Positions 14,753-27,232 of a stretch of DNA of 64,000 bases are shown in pieces. Positions within the stretch are counted from its first letter, which is position 1; every line of letters starts with the position of its first letter. The DNA is from Octopus sinensis (taxonomy: Eukaryota): positions 71,796,001-71,860,000 of the forward strand of contig NC_042998.1 of the NCBI RefSeq assembly GCF_006345805.1, read 5' to 3'. The position numbers and the translations under genes were made by a program. The notes beneath the pieces were generated by a model, which saw nothing but the letters and a program-made list of their open reading frames with translations, did not search any database and was not told where the DNA came from.

Positions 14753-15130
14753 TGTGCCGCCGACGGTAGAAGTGACTACCTCGTCCTCAGTAGAAAACGA
14801 ATCATTGGTCTTCATCTACAGAGAGGGAAATGTGGAGAAGGTGTTGGTAAAGCACCATAAGTGAGTCCCTTTAGCCTGCACACGGTATCCCGAATGTCCT
14901 CCGCACATAGCTGTGAAGGTCATATCGTTGCCCGTCTTGCGTAGCCTGCAGGGACTCGACGAGGAATATTGCTTGTGGCCCCATATTTTGTTATTGAATA
15001 TTGTGAACCATGTAAGATGTTTGTTGCCTCATGAATAATATAAAAGACCAATGGTCTCGGGAAAGAACGATCGGCGGACGTCGCTTCCCTCCCCCATTAA
15101 TCGTCATTTTCATTTTCATTTCATATAACA
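14753..15130. mobile_element. Candidate solo LTR or insertion (TGT...ACA)
   Basis: GC-richer block starting TGTGCCG and ending TATAACA. The left flank 14686-14751 is duplicated at 16211-16276 without this block. No clean TSD. Confidence 0.35.
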
Positions 15131-15199
15131 TTATGTCTCTATCCACCCCGCAGCTTCATTTCTCTATGTAAGGCCTTTATGGTCAATACAATGAAACAA

Positions 15200-15520
15200 A
15201 GAAGCTGGCTTCCTAACTACATGGTTCTGAGATCGGTCCCACTGCGTGTCATCTTGGGCAAATGTTTTCTACTATAGCCTCAAGCTGACCAAAGCCTTTC
15301 GAGTGGTTTGTCTCCACCCACCACTGCTTGACAACCGATGCTGGTGTGTTCGCGTCCCCGTAAATTATCTGTTCGGCAAAAAGCACCAGTAGAATAAGTA
15401 CCCGGCTAAAAACATGCAGAAATACTGTGTCGATTGATTCCGTTAAAAAACTGATGGTTGTGCCCTAGCATGGCGTCAGTTAAATGACAGAAACATGTAC
15501 AAGACTAAAAGAATAAAATA
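15200..15520 (+). mobile_element. SINE family A, diverged and internally deleted
   Basis: gtcccactgcgtg, cttgggcaa, gcttgacaaccgatgctggtgtgtt, ttcggcaaaa and tagaataagtac all match the full copies. Confidence 0.8.
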
Positions 15521-15653
15521 ACATATATATATACACATATATACATGCTTAGATATATGTGTGTGTAAATATATATATACGTATATATATATATATATAT
15601 GAAAAAACAAGTCAAAAATAGAAAATGCTAAAATAATTTTATAGTGAACATTT

Positions 15654-15690
15654 CAGTACCGGTTTCGGTCATTTTGAGACTTTTCAACTG
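15654..15690 (-). ncRNA. Hammerhead-like motif (U3-A8 core variant) in a probable Penelope pLTR remnant
   Basis: Minus strand: CAG-UUGAAAA-GUC ucaaaau GAC c-GAAA-CCGG-UA-CUG. Palindromic stem III (ACCGGU), GUA triplet, 3-bp stem I, imperfect stem II. Confidence 0.45.
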
Positions 15691-15834
15691 TAACGATTAA
15701 ATAATTAAATTTAGAAAAATTAGAAGAAAAGTTTTTTTAAAGGAATATTTCTATAGTAGTGTTCAGATATAAGTGGCATTCTGCCTTTCTCTGACTCCCT
15801 TGTTTGCACTTGTGTGTTGGAGGTCGTATATATA

Positions 15835-15887
<53 letters not shown>

Positions 15888-16832
15888 CGCGCGCACATGT
15901 GTGCGTGTATGTGTATGGGTTCGTGCGTGCGTGTGTGTACATGCATGTGTATTTGCGCTGGTGTATATCATGAATATGCATATATAAGTATAAACATACA
16001 TGTGCACATGTGTCACTATGTGTGTGCTTGAATGTGTGTTTGTTTGGGAGTAATATTTAACCAAAGATGTATCTTTAATTCCATAACATGGCGATTCGTG
16101 TTTTTTTGCATATACCATGATAAAAAATATTATATTTATACAACTATACATTTCGCTATGTTTAGGTCTTCTTAGATTTGAGTACAGGATCATAACTCTC
16201 AGTGACACATACACACGTACACATCTGTCTGTCACTGATTATATAACCATTTGGTTGTTTGTGTGTGCATCTTCATGTATGTCTTCATGTTTATATGTGT
16301 GTGCTTGCTTTAATACTTGCAGGATTGTCTTTCAATATGGCTAGCTGTATTTGTGCATATGTTTTTGTGCTGAGGTATATGTAAATACACGGAAGAGCCG
16401 GTATGTGTTCCATATAGATTTATACTATTAAGTATTCGTTTTGTTTACCATTTATTTGTGTGAACATCTGCATTAACCAGACAAGCATTTCTGAAGATTA
16501 TTGAAATGTTATCTCTATTGTAATGTAAAGTTCCCTGAGAGGAAGATTAGTTTTCGTCGTAGATATTGGTATAAATATACTTGTAGTTAAATATGTAAAT
16601 ATTCTGAGATAATGCAGAAATAAGGAAAAAAGATTACTTCGCTTGTTTTCGCCAATATGCATATATTCCGATAAACTCTGATACGTTTCGTGTAAGATGA
16701 TTCAATGCAACGGTGAGCAGGAAATTTGCAACTGATGAAGATTGTTCGACAAAGTAATATCACTTTAGATATTGCTCTGCACTGTACTCTCAGAAATATA
16801 TGCACGCAGAAGAAGCAAATATTGATAGACAA

Positions 16833-16928
<96 letters not shown>

Positions 16929-17509
16929 ATCTATATATCTATATATCTATCAATCAATCAATCTATCTATCTATCTTCCTATCTGTATATGCTTCAAAAT
17001 ATATGTAAATGCGTGTGTGTATGAGAGTTTGCATGTATATGGTCGTGTTTGCGCGCGCGTGTTTTAGAAAATACATTTTAGGTCCAAGTTACATTTAATG
17101 TCTTATAGTTTATTAAAATTTGATACATTTCTTTGATACATTTCTTTCTTTTTCGATGTTAAATGAAAGAAGTTTAAAACGATTAAGTTGTAAGAGAAAG
17201 AACTTGCATAAGAAAGATTTCTTATCAATAAAGCACGGTCAAAAATTATGTCTTCACTAGGTTTCAGGGTAAAATTGCATAAGAAATAAAGTACAAATAT
17301 ACAAGGAATTTCATATCGGTAATACATGATACACACTTGAATGTTCAGCATGTTTTGTAGCAATGATGTTATGTTAACAATTAAATACAAAAAATATTTT
17401 TAAGTATAAAAAAATAAAATTACACGCTCGAGTGTGGACAGGACAGAAAATATTTTTGAGGCAAATATGTTATGACAGTTTTAAGAACTTCACTTGTTTT
17501 TGTCCGCCA

Positions 17510-17750
17510 ACAAAAACAAAGGTTCGATGATTTTGAATAACAATAAGAAAAGTAACACTAGAAGCAGCCCTCGAAGATCTTGTAATCGTGGATCCTTCAA
17601 TGATTATTCCCTGCAAAATCTCGGAAAAAACTGGGTTACAAAGACAGCATTGAAAAATTGAAAGGAACAAAAACTTATATGGGAATGACTGGAGTATTCT
17701 TCAAGGAGAAACACACTAAGCACTATACTTCGTTCAGAACCAAAAACACA
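17510..17750 (+). mobile_element. Decayed Penelope-like GIY-YIG endonuclease remnant
   Basis: Frameshifted peptides NNKKSNTRSSPRRSCN... and GTKTYMGMTGVFFKEKHTKHYTSFR resemble the PLE GIY-YIG YIGxT...FKxR...H..SFR segment. Confidence 0.5.
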
Positions 17751-18315
17751 TATATATATATATGACATATATTAACTTTATCCAATATAGAATGGGCCTT
17801 GTAAATTGAAGCAACATAGCTAATGCCAGTATGAATAGGGGACGGGGCAGAAAATGTAATAGTTGTGTCACAGAAAACTAAAATGAAGATCAACAGTAAA
17901 TATTTTGAATATTAGTGAAATAAGCGTCTCCTCTTGCATGCATAAACAGCAATTCACACTTCGAAATTTCATGCATAACACCGCTACCTTCTCAAACACA
18001 TATCTACCTATCCAATCTGGGTAAATTTTTGGATATTGATTATCAATTGTTTTTTACAGTACAGGCGTGTGCTCCATCAGAAACTGATGCCAGAATTCCT
18101 CCCTACACAGATATGTATAACTTACCCATAACACATATTCATGACATCACACGATTTGCAAAAACGTGTATATTTTTCGACTTAATGGATTAATATTAGA
18201 TCCGAAATCTGTGACGCAAAATGTATGGTATATACATACATACGTGCATACATACATGCATACATACATACATACATACATACATACATACATACATACA
18301 TACATACATACATAC

Positions 18316-18540
18316 ACCACACTGCCTAAATACCATTCGTGCGTGAGAAATTAGGCTTCTCAAAACCAAAACGGGGAAAGCTAATTCGAAGACTACAGAT
18401 CCAGTCCCTCACTGGAACTGAATATCTGTCAAACTTTCCAGAAGTTTATCATTTACATATATATGAGCAAGTCTAAATATGCAACAATACATACATAAAG
18501 CAATTTTTACAAATCTGCAGATAGACATACATACATGCAT
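18316..18540 (+). mobile_element. Second fragment of the (TACA)n-associated RLE element
   Basis: gagaaattaggcttctcaaaacc...ctaattcgaagactacagatc matches the reverse complement of 2900-2975 (EKLGFSKPKRGKLIRRLQIQS). Preceded by (TACA)n at 18233-18315 and followed by TACA-type repeats. Confidence 0.7.
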
Positions 18541-18600
18541 AGATAGATAGATAGATACATGCATACATACATATATACATACATACATACATATATACAT

Positions 18601-19180
18601 TCATGGTGGCTGCCCCCTCGTTATCGAGTATGGCCATTGCGCGAAGCTTAATCAATGTTGTTATCGTGCAATGCCTGTGTAACAGAAGATTTTTTAAAGT
18701 GAGGAAAGGCTGTGCACTGAGTCAATCCCACTAACTAAGCAACAACAGCCATAATCCGAAAAGAAGAAGTCAACGTCATCGGTAACCACTGAGCCGCAGG
18801 TTTTATGTCGCAGTTATCCCAGTTACCTGAGTTACCTTCTCCTAGAAGGATGCCCTAACATAGGCTAGGAGTCTGTCACTCCCAGTGGTTTAACCGCGCG
18901 ATCGGGTATTCAGTCCGATTATTTCTGTCCCCGCGTATGATACAGCCTTAAGACATTTATTGGATGGCGGTTGATTCTCAATAGTTCCTCCGCCCTTTGA
19001 CGGGTTTTGTTTTTCATCCTGCATGGTGTCCAACCCTCCTCACCAAGCAAGCTTGGTGGGGTTGCCAGTTTTGGCGCAGACGACCCGACCATGCAACAGG
19101 TTGTACGGGTTACATGTTACCAGTAGCACTCGAAAGTGATCTGACATAACGGAGTGACATGCTTAGTAGAGCAGCTACCA
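18601..19180 (-). mobile_element. Non-coding ~580-bp element between (TACA)n tracts, possibly RTE-derived
   Basis: GC-richer block with no ORF. The minus strand has CTAGGAGAAGGTAACTC, which resembles from memory the motif in RTE-clade 5' regions. Confidence 0.45.
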
Positions 19181-21191
19181 CATACATACATACATACATA
19201 CATACATACATACATACATACATACATACATACATACATACATGCATACATACATACATACTTACATACATACATATATATATGAGCATCGTATCAGTTT
19301 ACTACCAGGGACATGTGCAGATTATTGTTGCCTACATGAGATGGCTTAATATCCACTAGGCAACCGTTGTTCAAATGTTTAACTGCATTTTCTGTTTGTA
19401 TTTTATGACAGGATTCTTGACAATTAGTCTTCAATTATTGGCATTCTCTACTAATTGTCTATCACTTATACTCTTTATTCTATAACGTATTATGCATCTC
19501 TCTATCTCTCTATATATTAAAAAAGTCAGACATACACATACATATAAAGATACTTCTTTTATGTATACAAACATTGTAGAAGTTACGTAGCTGCCTAAGT
19601 GAAATTATCTGTGCTTCAACAAATTAGTCCAATAGCTAATTGATAGTTAGTACCGACTTCACATCAGAATTGGAGATAATCTTCAAATCACATTCTTTAA
19701 AATGCACATGGTATTTAGTCCAATTACGCGTGATTCTTACAAATTGCCTTGTTATTAACGTCGCGTTCTATTTTTACTATGTCTAAGTGGGTCATCTGAA
19801 AATAAGGCTCGAAATTGCTGGCATGATGACGCCTACTGATTTAACATACATGTAAACAAGTGCGTTCTGGAATAGCGTGTCAATTCTGAACAATTGTTCA
19901 GATTATTACACATTCATTTCTGGAGTCGTAATCAATTGCCAGACAGCATTGAGTGAACTCAAATAGCCATTGATCGTTTCCGCTCTTTAACGCAAGCGAC
20001 TGGCCATTCTGGTATTTCTAACCAGTATTTAACAATAAATTGTTACCCTTTGATTTTGAATTATTTGTCATGTTTTTGCATAGTTGGAATAAAATTCAAG
20101 AATTTTGCATTTTTTTTTCCTATTTTTGATTACGAGCATTTCAAATATTCTTATTCTTGCTTATATTTATGAGATGATTTTTTTTTCAAGATATGCCCCG
20201 CCTTTCAAAATGTCGCATTTTGTATTAGCTTATTCCTATGATATGAAGCTTTTCTTGTAATTTCTCATTGGTATTTATGTCTCATCTCTTATATTTTACA
20301 ACTATTCTTATAGAATTTTTCTATCAACATTTGTCTTGTTTTCGTAATATAGTATTTGTAATTTTAAGTTCGTACCTTCTTTGAGAGGTGTAAATTGATA
20401 TCTAATAAATACTTGTTGTTAAAGTTTGCAATTTTGCATTCTCGTATAGGTAGTTAAATTGTTGTAGTTATTCATTCAAATTATTCATATTTTGTTTAAT
20501 GCGCATGATCGTTCTTCAGATGTCTTGAAAGAATGAGTGACGAGTTTTTAGGTTACATTTTCTTGTTACATAAATGATACTCGATTGGATAGAAAGGTTG
20601 AATCACACTAAGTTACGTTTCAGGGATTATATATTCAATACTATTTTAAGAGTAAATTTACTTGGAACAAGCTTGTAAATGACTTTCTTGTTAATAGTCT
20701 CCGTCATATCTAGCGGTTCCAGCGATGCTGAATTAAAATGTATTTTGCAGGTAAAACAAAGGTTAGGTAGGTTTCCGTTGATTGAGACTGCATTGCGACA
20801 TAGAGACTGTTGTTGGTACCAATGTCAATATGGCTCTGGTGAATATATGCTTCTTTTTATGTGTGTATATAAATATTTGTATTTCTGTATGCGTGTGCCG
20901 TGTGTGTGTATCTATAAGTGGTGTGTTTTTCTGTCTGTGGGTGGTGTGATATGGTATGGCATTGGTAGTGGGTGTGAGTGTTAGTGTGTGTGTGGTGTAC
21001 CGTGTCGGGTAATGCATAATTTTCGTCGATTGTCAGAAAGTTTCTATCATATACAGAATAGAATAGACTATTAAAGACATCCCTTCAAAAATCTGTGTTA
21101 TGAGAGACTATTTGATAATATGTTTTGATTAGACATCACGCTTTAGGCTATCTTTTAGGATAGAATAACACATGTTAAAATATATTAGTAG

Positions 21192-21408
21192 AAGGCGGCG
21201 AGAGGTCAGACTTATTACGGCACCAGGCCAAATGCTTAGCGGCATTTCATCCATCTTTACGTTCTGAGTTCAAATTAAGACTAGGTTGACTTTGCCTGTC
21301 ATCCTTCCGGTTTCGTTGAAATAAGTACCAGAACAACACTGGGATCGACGTAATCGACTTATATCTCTAACGAAGTTGCTGGCCTTGTGCCCAACTTTGA
21401 AATCATCA
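21192..21408 (+). mobile_element. SINE family B (Meta-domain-like), diverged
   Basis: ggcggcgag head, ttctgagttcaaat B-box region and gactttgcc-tcatcctt...aataagtacc central domain; homologous to 39755-39973. Confidence 0.8.
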
Positions 21409-21799
21409 TATATTTGTACAATTATATTTTAAAATTTCTTTGTATAACATACATTTTAAAATTAATTTGACTGGTGTTACAGATTATATGCAGTATATTC
21501 ATGGACATAGGATGAACCAATACTATACCTTTAATTTGAGATAATCTTAACATGCGAAGAAAATGTTTATCTCCCTATTTCTGTGGTTTAGCATTCAAAA
21601 ATGCAACTATTCTTTGTTATCCACATTAGTAGAATGAAAGAGACCATGAGCTCAGAACAAGGAGATTGCTTGGAAACAATCCTTCATCGCAAGAAAATAC
21701 TAGTAGCACATAATTTTACACTGTGTACATTAAACGATAATTATCTCCCACTGGATGAGAGTATATTTCTTTCGACGTTCTTAACGAAAGACTAAACTG

Positions 21800-21884
<85 letters not shown>

Positions 21885-21905
21885 GTCTATCTAGATATCT
21901 ATCTA

Positions 21906-22128
21906 TCTATATTATATAATAAAAGAAAGTTTGTGTGCGTGTGTGTATGTGTGAGGTTGCGTGAGTGCGTATGTTATTTATGGATTAGAAAACTGAGAGG
22001 ACGATTTTCACGTATCTGATATGAAAATATTCTGTAATCGTTCGGCTACCAAATAAAGTATTATTTGGCACAACAACTGTTTGTTAAGACAAAATAACCT
22101 CGGAAACGAAGTCGGGTCGCACAACTTA
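21906..22128 (+). mobile_element. Candidate non-autonomous Helitron
   Basis: 5' TCTAT...ATAATAAAAG start after (TATC)n. 3' GC hairpin-like cctcggaaacgaagtcggg followed by a degenerate CTAG-like end (CTTA). Confidence 0.4.
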
Positions 22129-22149
22129 ACGTCATTTTCGGTTAAGATT

Positions 22150-22445
22150 TCGATTTGCTTCTAATGTTTCACTTTCATTCGAGGTCTTCATTGGTACATT
22201 ACAGCAGTCTTCCTTTTTATTATGCGTGGCTATGTCTTCTATTATATATTGGGATCTTATTTCTTTGCTCTCGGGATTATTCTTCAGGCGGATTTCATTA
22301 TAGAGTGTCCTAGCTACACCTCCATGTCTCATTGTGATGTCATTTTCGGACAACAGCTTATGATGTGGGTGATATATTCAGCGTCAGCTCCACAAAGTCT
22401 GCTTCAGTTGTCACATTTTACTGGTTTTCCTGTATCTCTATACTT
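22150..22445 (-). mobile_element. RLE non-LTR zinc-knuckle fragment
   Basis: Minus strand reads (C)RLCGADAEYITHIISCCPKM, then MRHGGVARTLYNEIRLKNNPE (CCHC knuckle plus RHD-like motif). The 5' junction abuts (CATA)x3 at 22447-22458. Confidence 0.7.
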
Positions 22446-23495
22446 TTGTATGTATGTATGTTTTGGATCTAATAGAGAATAACTGCAGGGTAGATTTTAA
22501 AATAACAGCGATATACCGAATTTCCATAAAATTATCAGAACAGCATTCTGTCGTAAAAGTTAAAACACTATATGGATATTCTCCTATTTTAAATTGCTGT
22601 ATAAATAATTACAGTCTGCGCGAGGCAAAAACGAATAAATAAAGAGATAAATAAACAACAGTCGTTATATATGCAGCCTTGAGAACGACTGTGCTGCACT
22701 CTGGAGACAGAAAATTTCAATAAAATAAAATGCTTGCGACTTGATATTTTCGTTGATGACACTACTCAAGAAAAGAGATATATTGCGCATAAACATACTC
22801 CACAGAGATTAGTTGTGGCTGTAAGACAAATTAATGTTATTTTAACACATAAATAATTATATTTCACGAAACTAGACATAGCAAATTACATATCGACCAG
22901 TAGATTTCTTCTGCATTACAAGAATGTCTATTGGAAGTATCAATATACAATTGTCGGAGTTGAAAGAGAGAAATGTTTTACAACATTTTCACATTCCTAA
23001 TTATCGAAATTGTTCGAGTCCAGCGAATCGCGCTAATAATATGTTTGAACACAGATTTGAAGCATGACACATTAGATATTTCAACTTAATGATAGTATCC
23101 ATAGTAATTGAAAAATATATTTGAAACTGCATTAGCCACCGACAGTAATAAATTCCTTTCCCAAAAAGGAAAAAAATAAGAGAAACGAAAGAAAGTAAGG
23201 TAAAGAAGAAAATAATTCCTAGTCACACCTGAAATTTTTGCTTGTATCATTGCCCGAATTAATAGCGCAAACAGGATATAGATTGAGTTACAGAAGAGTG
23301 TATGCTACGTTATTCCTAGCAACAACATTTGCTGTCAGTATCTGTTATCTTTTCTTGTGCTTGTGTAGTCTTTCGACTGTAGTCACACTGGGGCACCAGC
23401 ATCTTTTGTCGAAAGATGGTGGTGGTGAGGGGAAAAACACAAACACAAAAATGCATATACATACACATATGTATATATGTATATCTCACTATCCT

Positions 23496-23535
23496 GGGCT
23501 GATGACGGGTTAGGACCCAGAAACATGCATGTCCG
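23496..23535 (+). ncRNA. Type I hammerhead ribozyme motif, dimer type
   Basis: CUGAUGA 23499-23505; stem II GGGU/ACCC; GAAA 23520-23523; perfect palindrome ACAUGCAUGU 23523-23532; GUC triplet. Stem I is weak. Confidence 0.65.
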
Positions 23536-23749
23536 TTTTGTTCTCTTACTTTCTTATCATCTTGTAATCATCTCATAATAATGACTTTTATGACTCGTAT
23601 TACTACCTCAGTCAATCTAGATGTATATATTTGTCGTTACCTGTCATAAATAGCCTTTTTCTATTTGCAATATGCATTTTCGTTGATTTTTCATATTTTG
23701 CCCTTACATTTCCACGTGTATTTTATATTTTCATTTCGCAACATATTTC

Positions 23750-23782
<33 letters not shown>

Positions 23783-23785
<3 letters not shown>

Positions 23786-23925
23786 CATGTTTCTTTCAGT
23801 TTCCATCTACCAAATCCACTCAAAAGGCTTTGGTCGGCCCCAGGATATATTAGAAGATCCAAGCTGCCACGCAGTGGGACTGAACCCGGTAACATGCAGT
23901 TGGGAAGCAAGCTTCTTGCCACAGT
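23783..23925 (-). mobile_element. SINE family A, 5' half
   Basis: tttctttcagtttccatctaccaaatccactc...gccacgcagtgggactgaacccgg...ttgggaagcaagctt. Confidence 0.85.
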
Positions 23926-24029
23926 TGTTTGAATACGGTTGTTTGAATGCGATTAACCCCCGCATATTTCCTTCTTTATCGCTTGTACATTTTACAACTA
24001 TCTAATACTCAATATTTTCTATATAATTA

Positions 24030-24226
24030 AGGCGGCGAACTGATGGTAGCGTTACCGCGTCGGACAAAATGCATAGCGTCATTGCTGAGTTCAAGTGTCA
24101 CCGGGATCATCTTTGCCTTTCATCTCATCAGGGTCAATAAAAGACATACCAGTTGAGCACTGAGATCGATATAAACCATTTGCCCACTCGTCCAAAATTT
24201 CTGGCCTTCTACAAACTTCTGAAATC
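24030..24226 (+). mobile_element. SINE family B, diverged
   Basis: ggcggcgaactg head, ctgagttcaa, ctttgcctttcatc, accagttgagcactg. Confidence 0.7.
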
Positions 24227-24559
24227 AATATTATCTAGGTAATTCTCGATTTTCTTTTACTTTCCTTCCAATAATTTTTCCCTATTCAAGAAGTTCACAT
24301 TCATTTAGTTTCAAGTGTTTAGAAATTTAATCATTCTAATGACACAGTTTCATTGAGGTTTAATCATTTTTAGCAATGTTAATAGAATATTTCTATATAT
24401 AAAAGATAATTAGGAAATATATTACACACACAAACATGCCACGAACCAGTTATACAGTATAAACTATTGTTAATTATGAGATAGATTGATGAAATGATTT
24501 ATCTGTTAAATTTCCTTGTGAAAGTAAAGAAAATAATCATAATCATAGTATTATTATTA

Positions 24560-25565
24560 TTGTTATTCAGTAGTTTTATTTTTATAGCGTGCTTTCACTT
24601 CACTACCGAGCGCAGCTCTGTGTGCCTTGGGTATGTGCTGTGATTTGTTGTGATGCTCTGATGGTTATTGTATGGAAAGTGTTCTGCGTAGGATGTGTGC
24701 AGTGCCTAGTAGTGCAATTTTCTGTATGTTATATGTGTTTGTAAGTCCTGGTGTTTTTGTTATGTATTTGTCTGAATATTTTTTTATCATGCCTAATGCA
24801 CCTACTATGATAGGAATTGTTTCTGTTTTCAGGTTCCACATTCTAGTTATCTCTATTTCCAGGTCTTTGTATTTTGAGAGTTTCTCCATTTCTTTTAGAG
24901 ACACGTTGTCATCTGCCGGTATTGATACATCAATTAGAAAGCATTTTTTTTCTTCATGATCTCTGACAACTACATCCGGTCTGTTGGCCTTAATTTCTCT
25001 ATCTGTGTGTATCGGCATATCCCAGAGTATGGTTGCTTTCTCGTTTTCTGTGTCCTTTTCTGGTGTGTGCCTATACCATCTTTTTTCTGTTGTTATTCCA
25101 TAATGTTGGCATAGCTTCCAATGTATGTAGGTTCCAACTCTGTCATGTCTGTGAATATATTCCTTCTTAGCCAGGACTGGGCAGCTAGAGATAATATGAT
25201 TTATTGTTTCTTGTCCATCTCCACATATTCTGCAGTTACTTGTAATATTTCTTTTCATTACATGTTTTCGGTAATTTCTGGTGGGGAGGCTTTGGTCTTG
25301 TGCTGCAATTAAAAATCCCTCTGTTTCTGCTTTGAGTCCTGAGCTTCTCAACCATTGCTGGGATTTTTCTTTGTCTATTTCTTTTGCGTTTAGTTTAGTG
25401 CAGTATTTACCATGAAGGGGCTTTTCTTGCCATCGTTTTATCATGGTTCGTTGCTGTTCTATTTTTAGTTTGGATTTCATTTGTTTTATAGCTTTTGTTG
25501 TTTCTTCATCATCTTCTTCTTCTTCTTTGTGTTTATTAGGTGGTATGATTTCTTGTTTGTATTTG

Positions 25566-25567
<2 letters not shown>
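24560..25567 (-). mobile_element. Dong/R4-clade non-LTR retrotransposon 3' fragment inserted in (TAA)n; open RLE frame
   Basis: ORF 24665-25480 (open upstream to ~25567) has the CRICGDGQETINHIISSC zinc knuckle, RHD, NRPDVVV...LIDVSIP (PD..D), EKLSKYKDL and IVGALG. TAA repeats at both junctions. Confidence 0.95.
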
Positions 25568-25812
<245 letters not shown>

Positions 25813-26842
25813 GCGGGCGCTCGATAAAGCAAATGAAATAAGATAATTAGACCAAAGCCAGACAAAATTTCTTAGCAATAAATGAAGTAGATACGATACA
25901 ACACACACAATATTAGTTTTAAAAATCTTAGTGACAGTCTCTATAGATGTATACATGCGTTAATATTATAAGCCATACGTAGTAATATGCAAATTCTTGT
26001 TTCGTATTAGTCCGTTTATTTAGATAATTGCCAACATCTAAGATAAGAAACATAAAATCTAATTCAATGATCTCTAACACATAAATAATTAATGAAATCT
26101 GATGTATATAACGATTCCACGAGCCTTTAAATTTAATAAATGAATTTCGTATTGTTTTTTACATTGATTCCATTGTTTTGACGATGCTTTAAGCCCACAG
26201 AAAGTTTGAATTAAAAATATTACTGTATGTAATTCTGTATCGCGTTGATGTGGTTTGTTGTCGTTACGAAACTACCATTTAACTTTAATGTAATTTGTAA
26301 AGTACTAAAACATAAAAGTGAGTGGGTGTTATACATGTCACAATTCAATTGGAAAGTTAGTCACAGTATTTCAATATTTATATATTTCAAAGCAACCATG
26401 TGGCTGAATCATTACCACAGTTTTCTTTAGTCTTTCTTCCCTTCCCATTTCAAATATCGCCGGGATCGACATTGCTGATCATCATTTAAGGAGCGATAAA
26501 ATAATTTCCAGTTGAACCCTCGAGTTATTATAATCGACTAAGTCTCTCCAAAGAGATTGCAGGTCATGTGCCAAAGTTTGGGAACTCTGTTAACTATTTC
26601 ACTGGACAACGAGTCAAAATTCTGTGGATAAGGTTTAGGCACCATGAATTATATAATGGAAAATCTTAAAATTATTCATATATATCAATCTAATCACTAT
26701 AAAATATATTGCACTTCGATTAGATGTGTTTTCCTTTGCGTGGTAAAATTAGCATAGCTTTGCATATGTTTCATCTAACGTTTCGCATTGTCTTCGGCTT
26801 GTAATACTCAGTGTTGTAGAAAATACAATGAAAAATAATATT

Positions 26843-26971
26843 TCAGATATGATGATGAACAATATTTCTTCCATACCTATTATGAAAGTATTGTTTAGCA
26901 ATATTAAACAGTTTTCGGAAGTATATTATCTACGCAATTCCTCGGAAATAGGAATCAGCACTTTCTCGTAA
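26843..26971 (+). pseudogene. Candidate decayed leucine-rich-repeat coding remnant
   Basis: One frame reads SDMMMNNISSIPIMKVLFSNIKQFSEVYYLRNSSEIGISTFS*, which fits two tandem extracellular-type LRRs (NxIxxIP..LFxNLxxLxxLxLxxN..I...TFS). Confidence 0.4.
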
Positions 26972-27194
26972 TAATTATGATTGGAATGTCTGTTAAGTTA
27001 CATCTGTCATATCATACTCGACAAAGTCTGATTTATCAGTCACAATACCGTCTATAAATCTGTAAAGACAGCTTATGAAGCTATGCGTGGAAAAAATGTT
27101 TCAGATTTTCCGTTACACACAATATTGGTGATACGTTTATGTGCGACATAAATTCTAATATGCTACTAAAGATATATTATACTATTATACTACA

Positions 27195-27232
<38 letters not shown>

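Noticed and set aside
20751-20838. Possible + strand exon (ttttgcag|...ctg|gtgaat; VKQRLGRFPLIETALRHRDCCWYQCQYGS)
   Set aside because: Splice-like sites are common by chance, the peptide is not recognised, and there are no partner exons.
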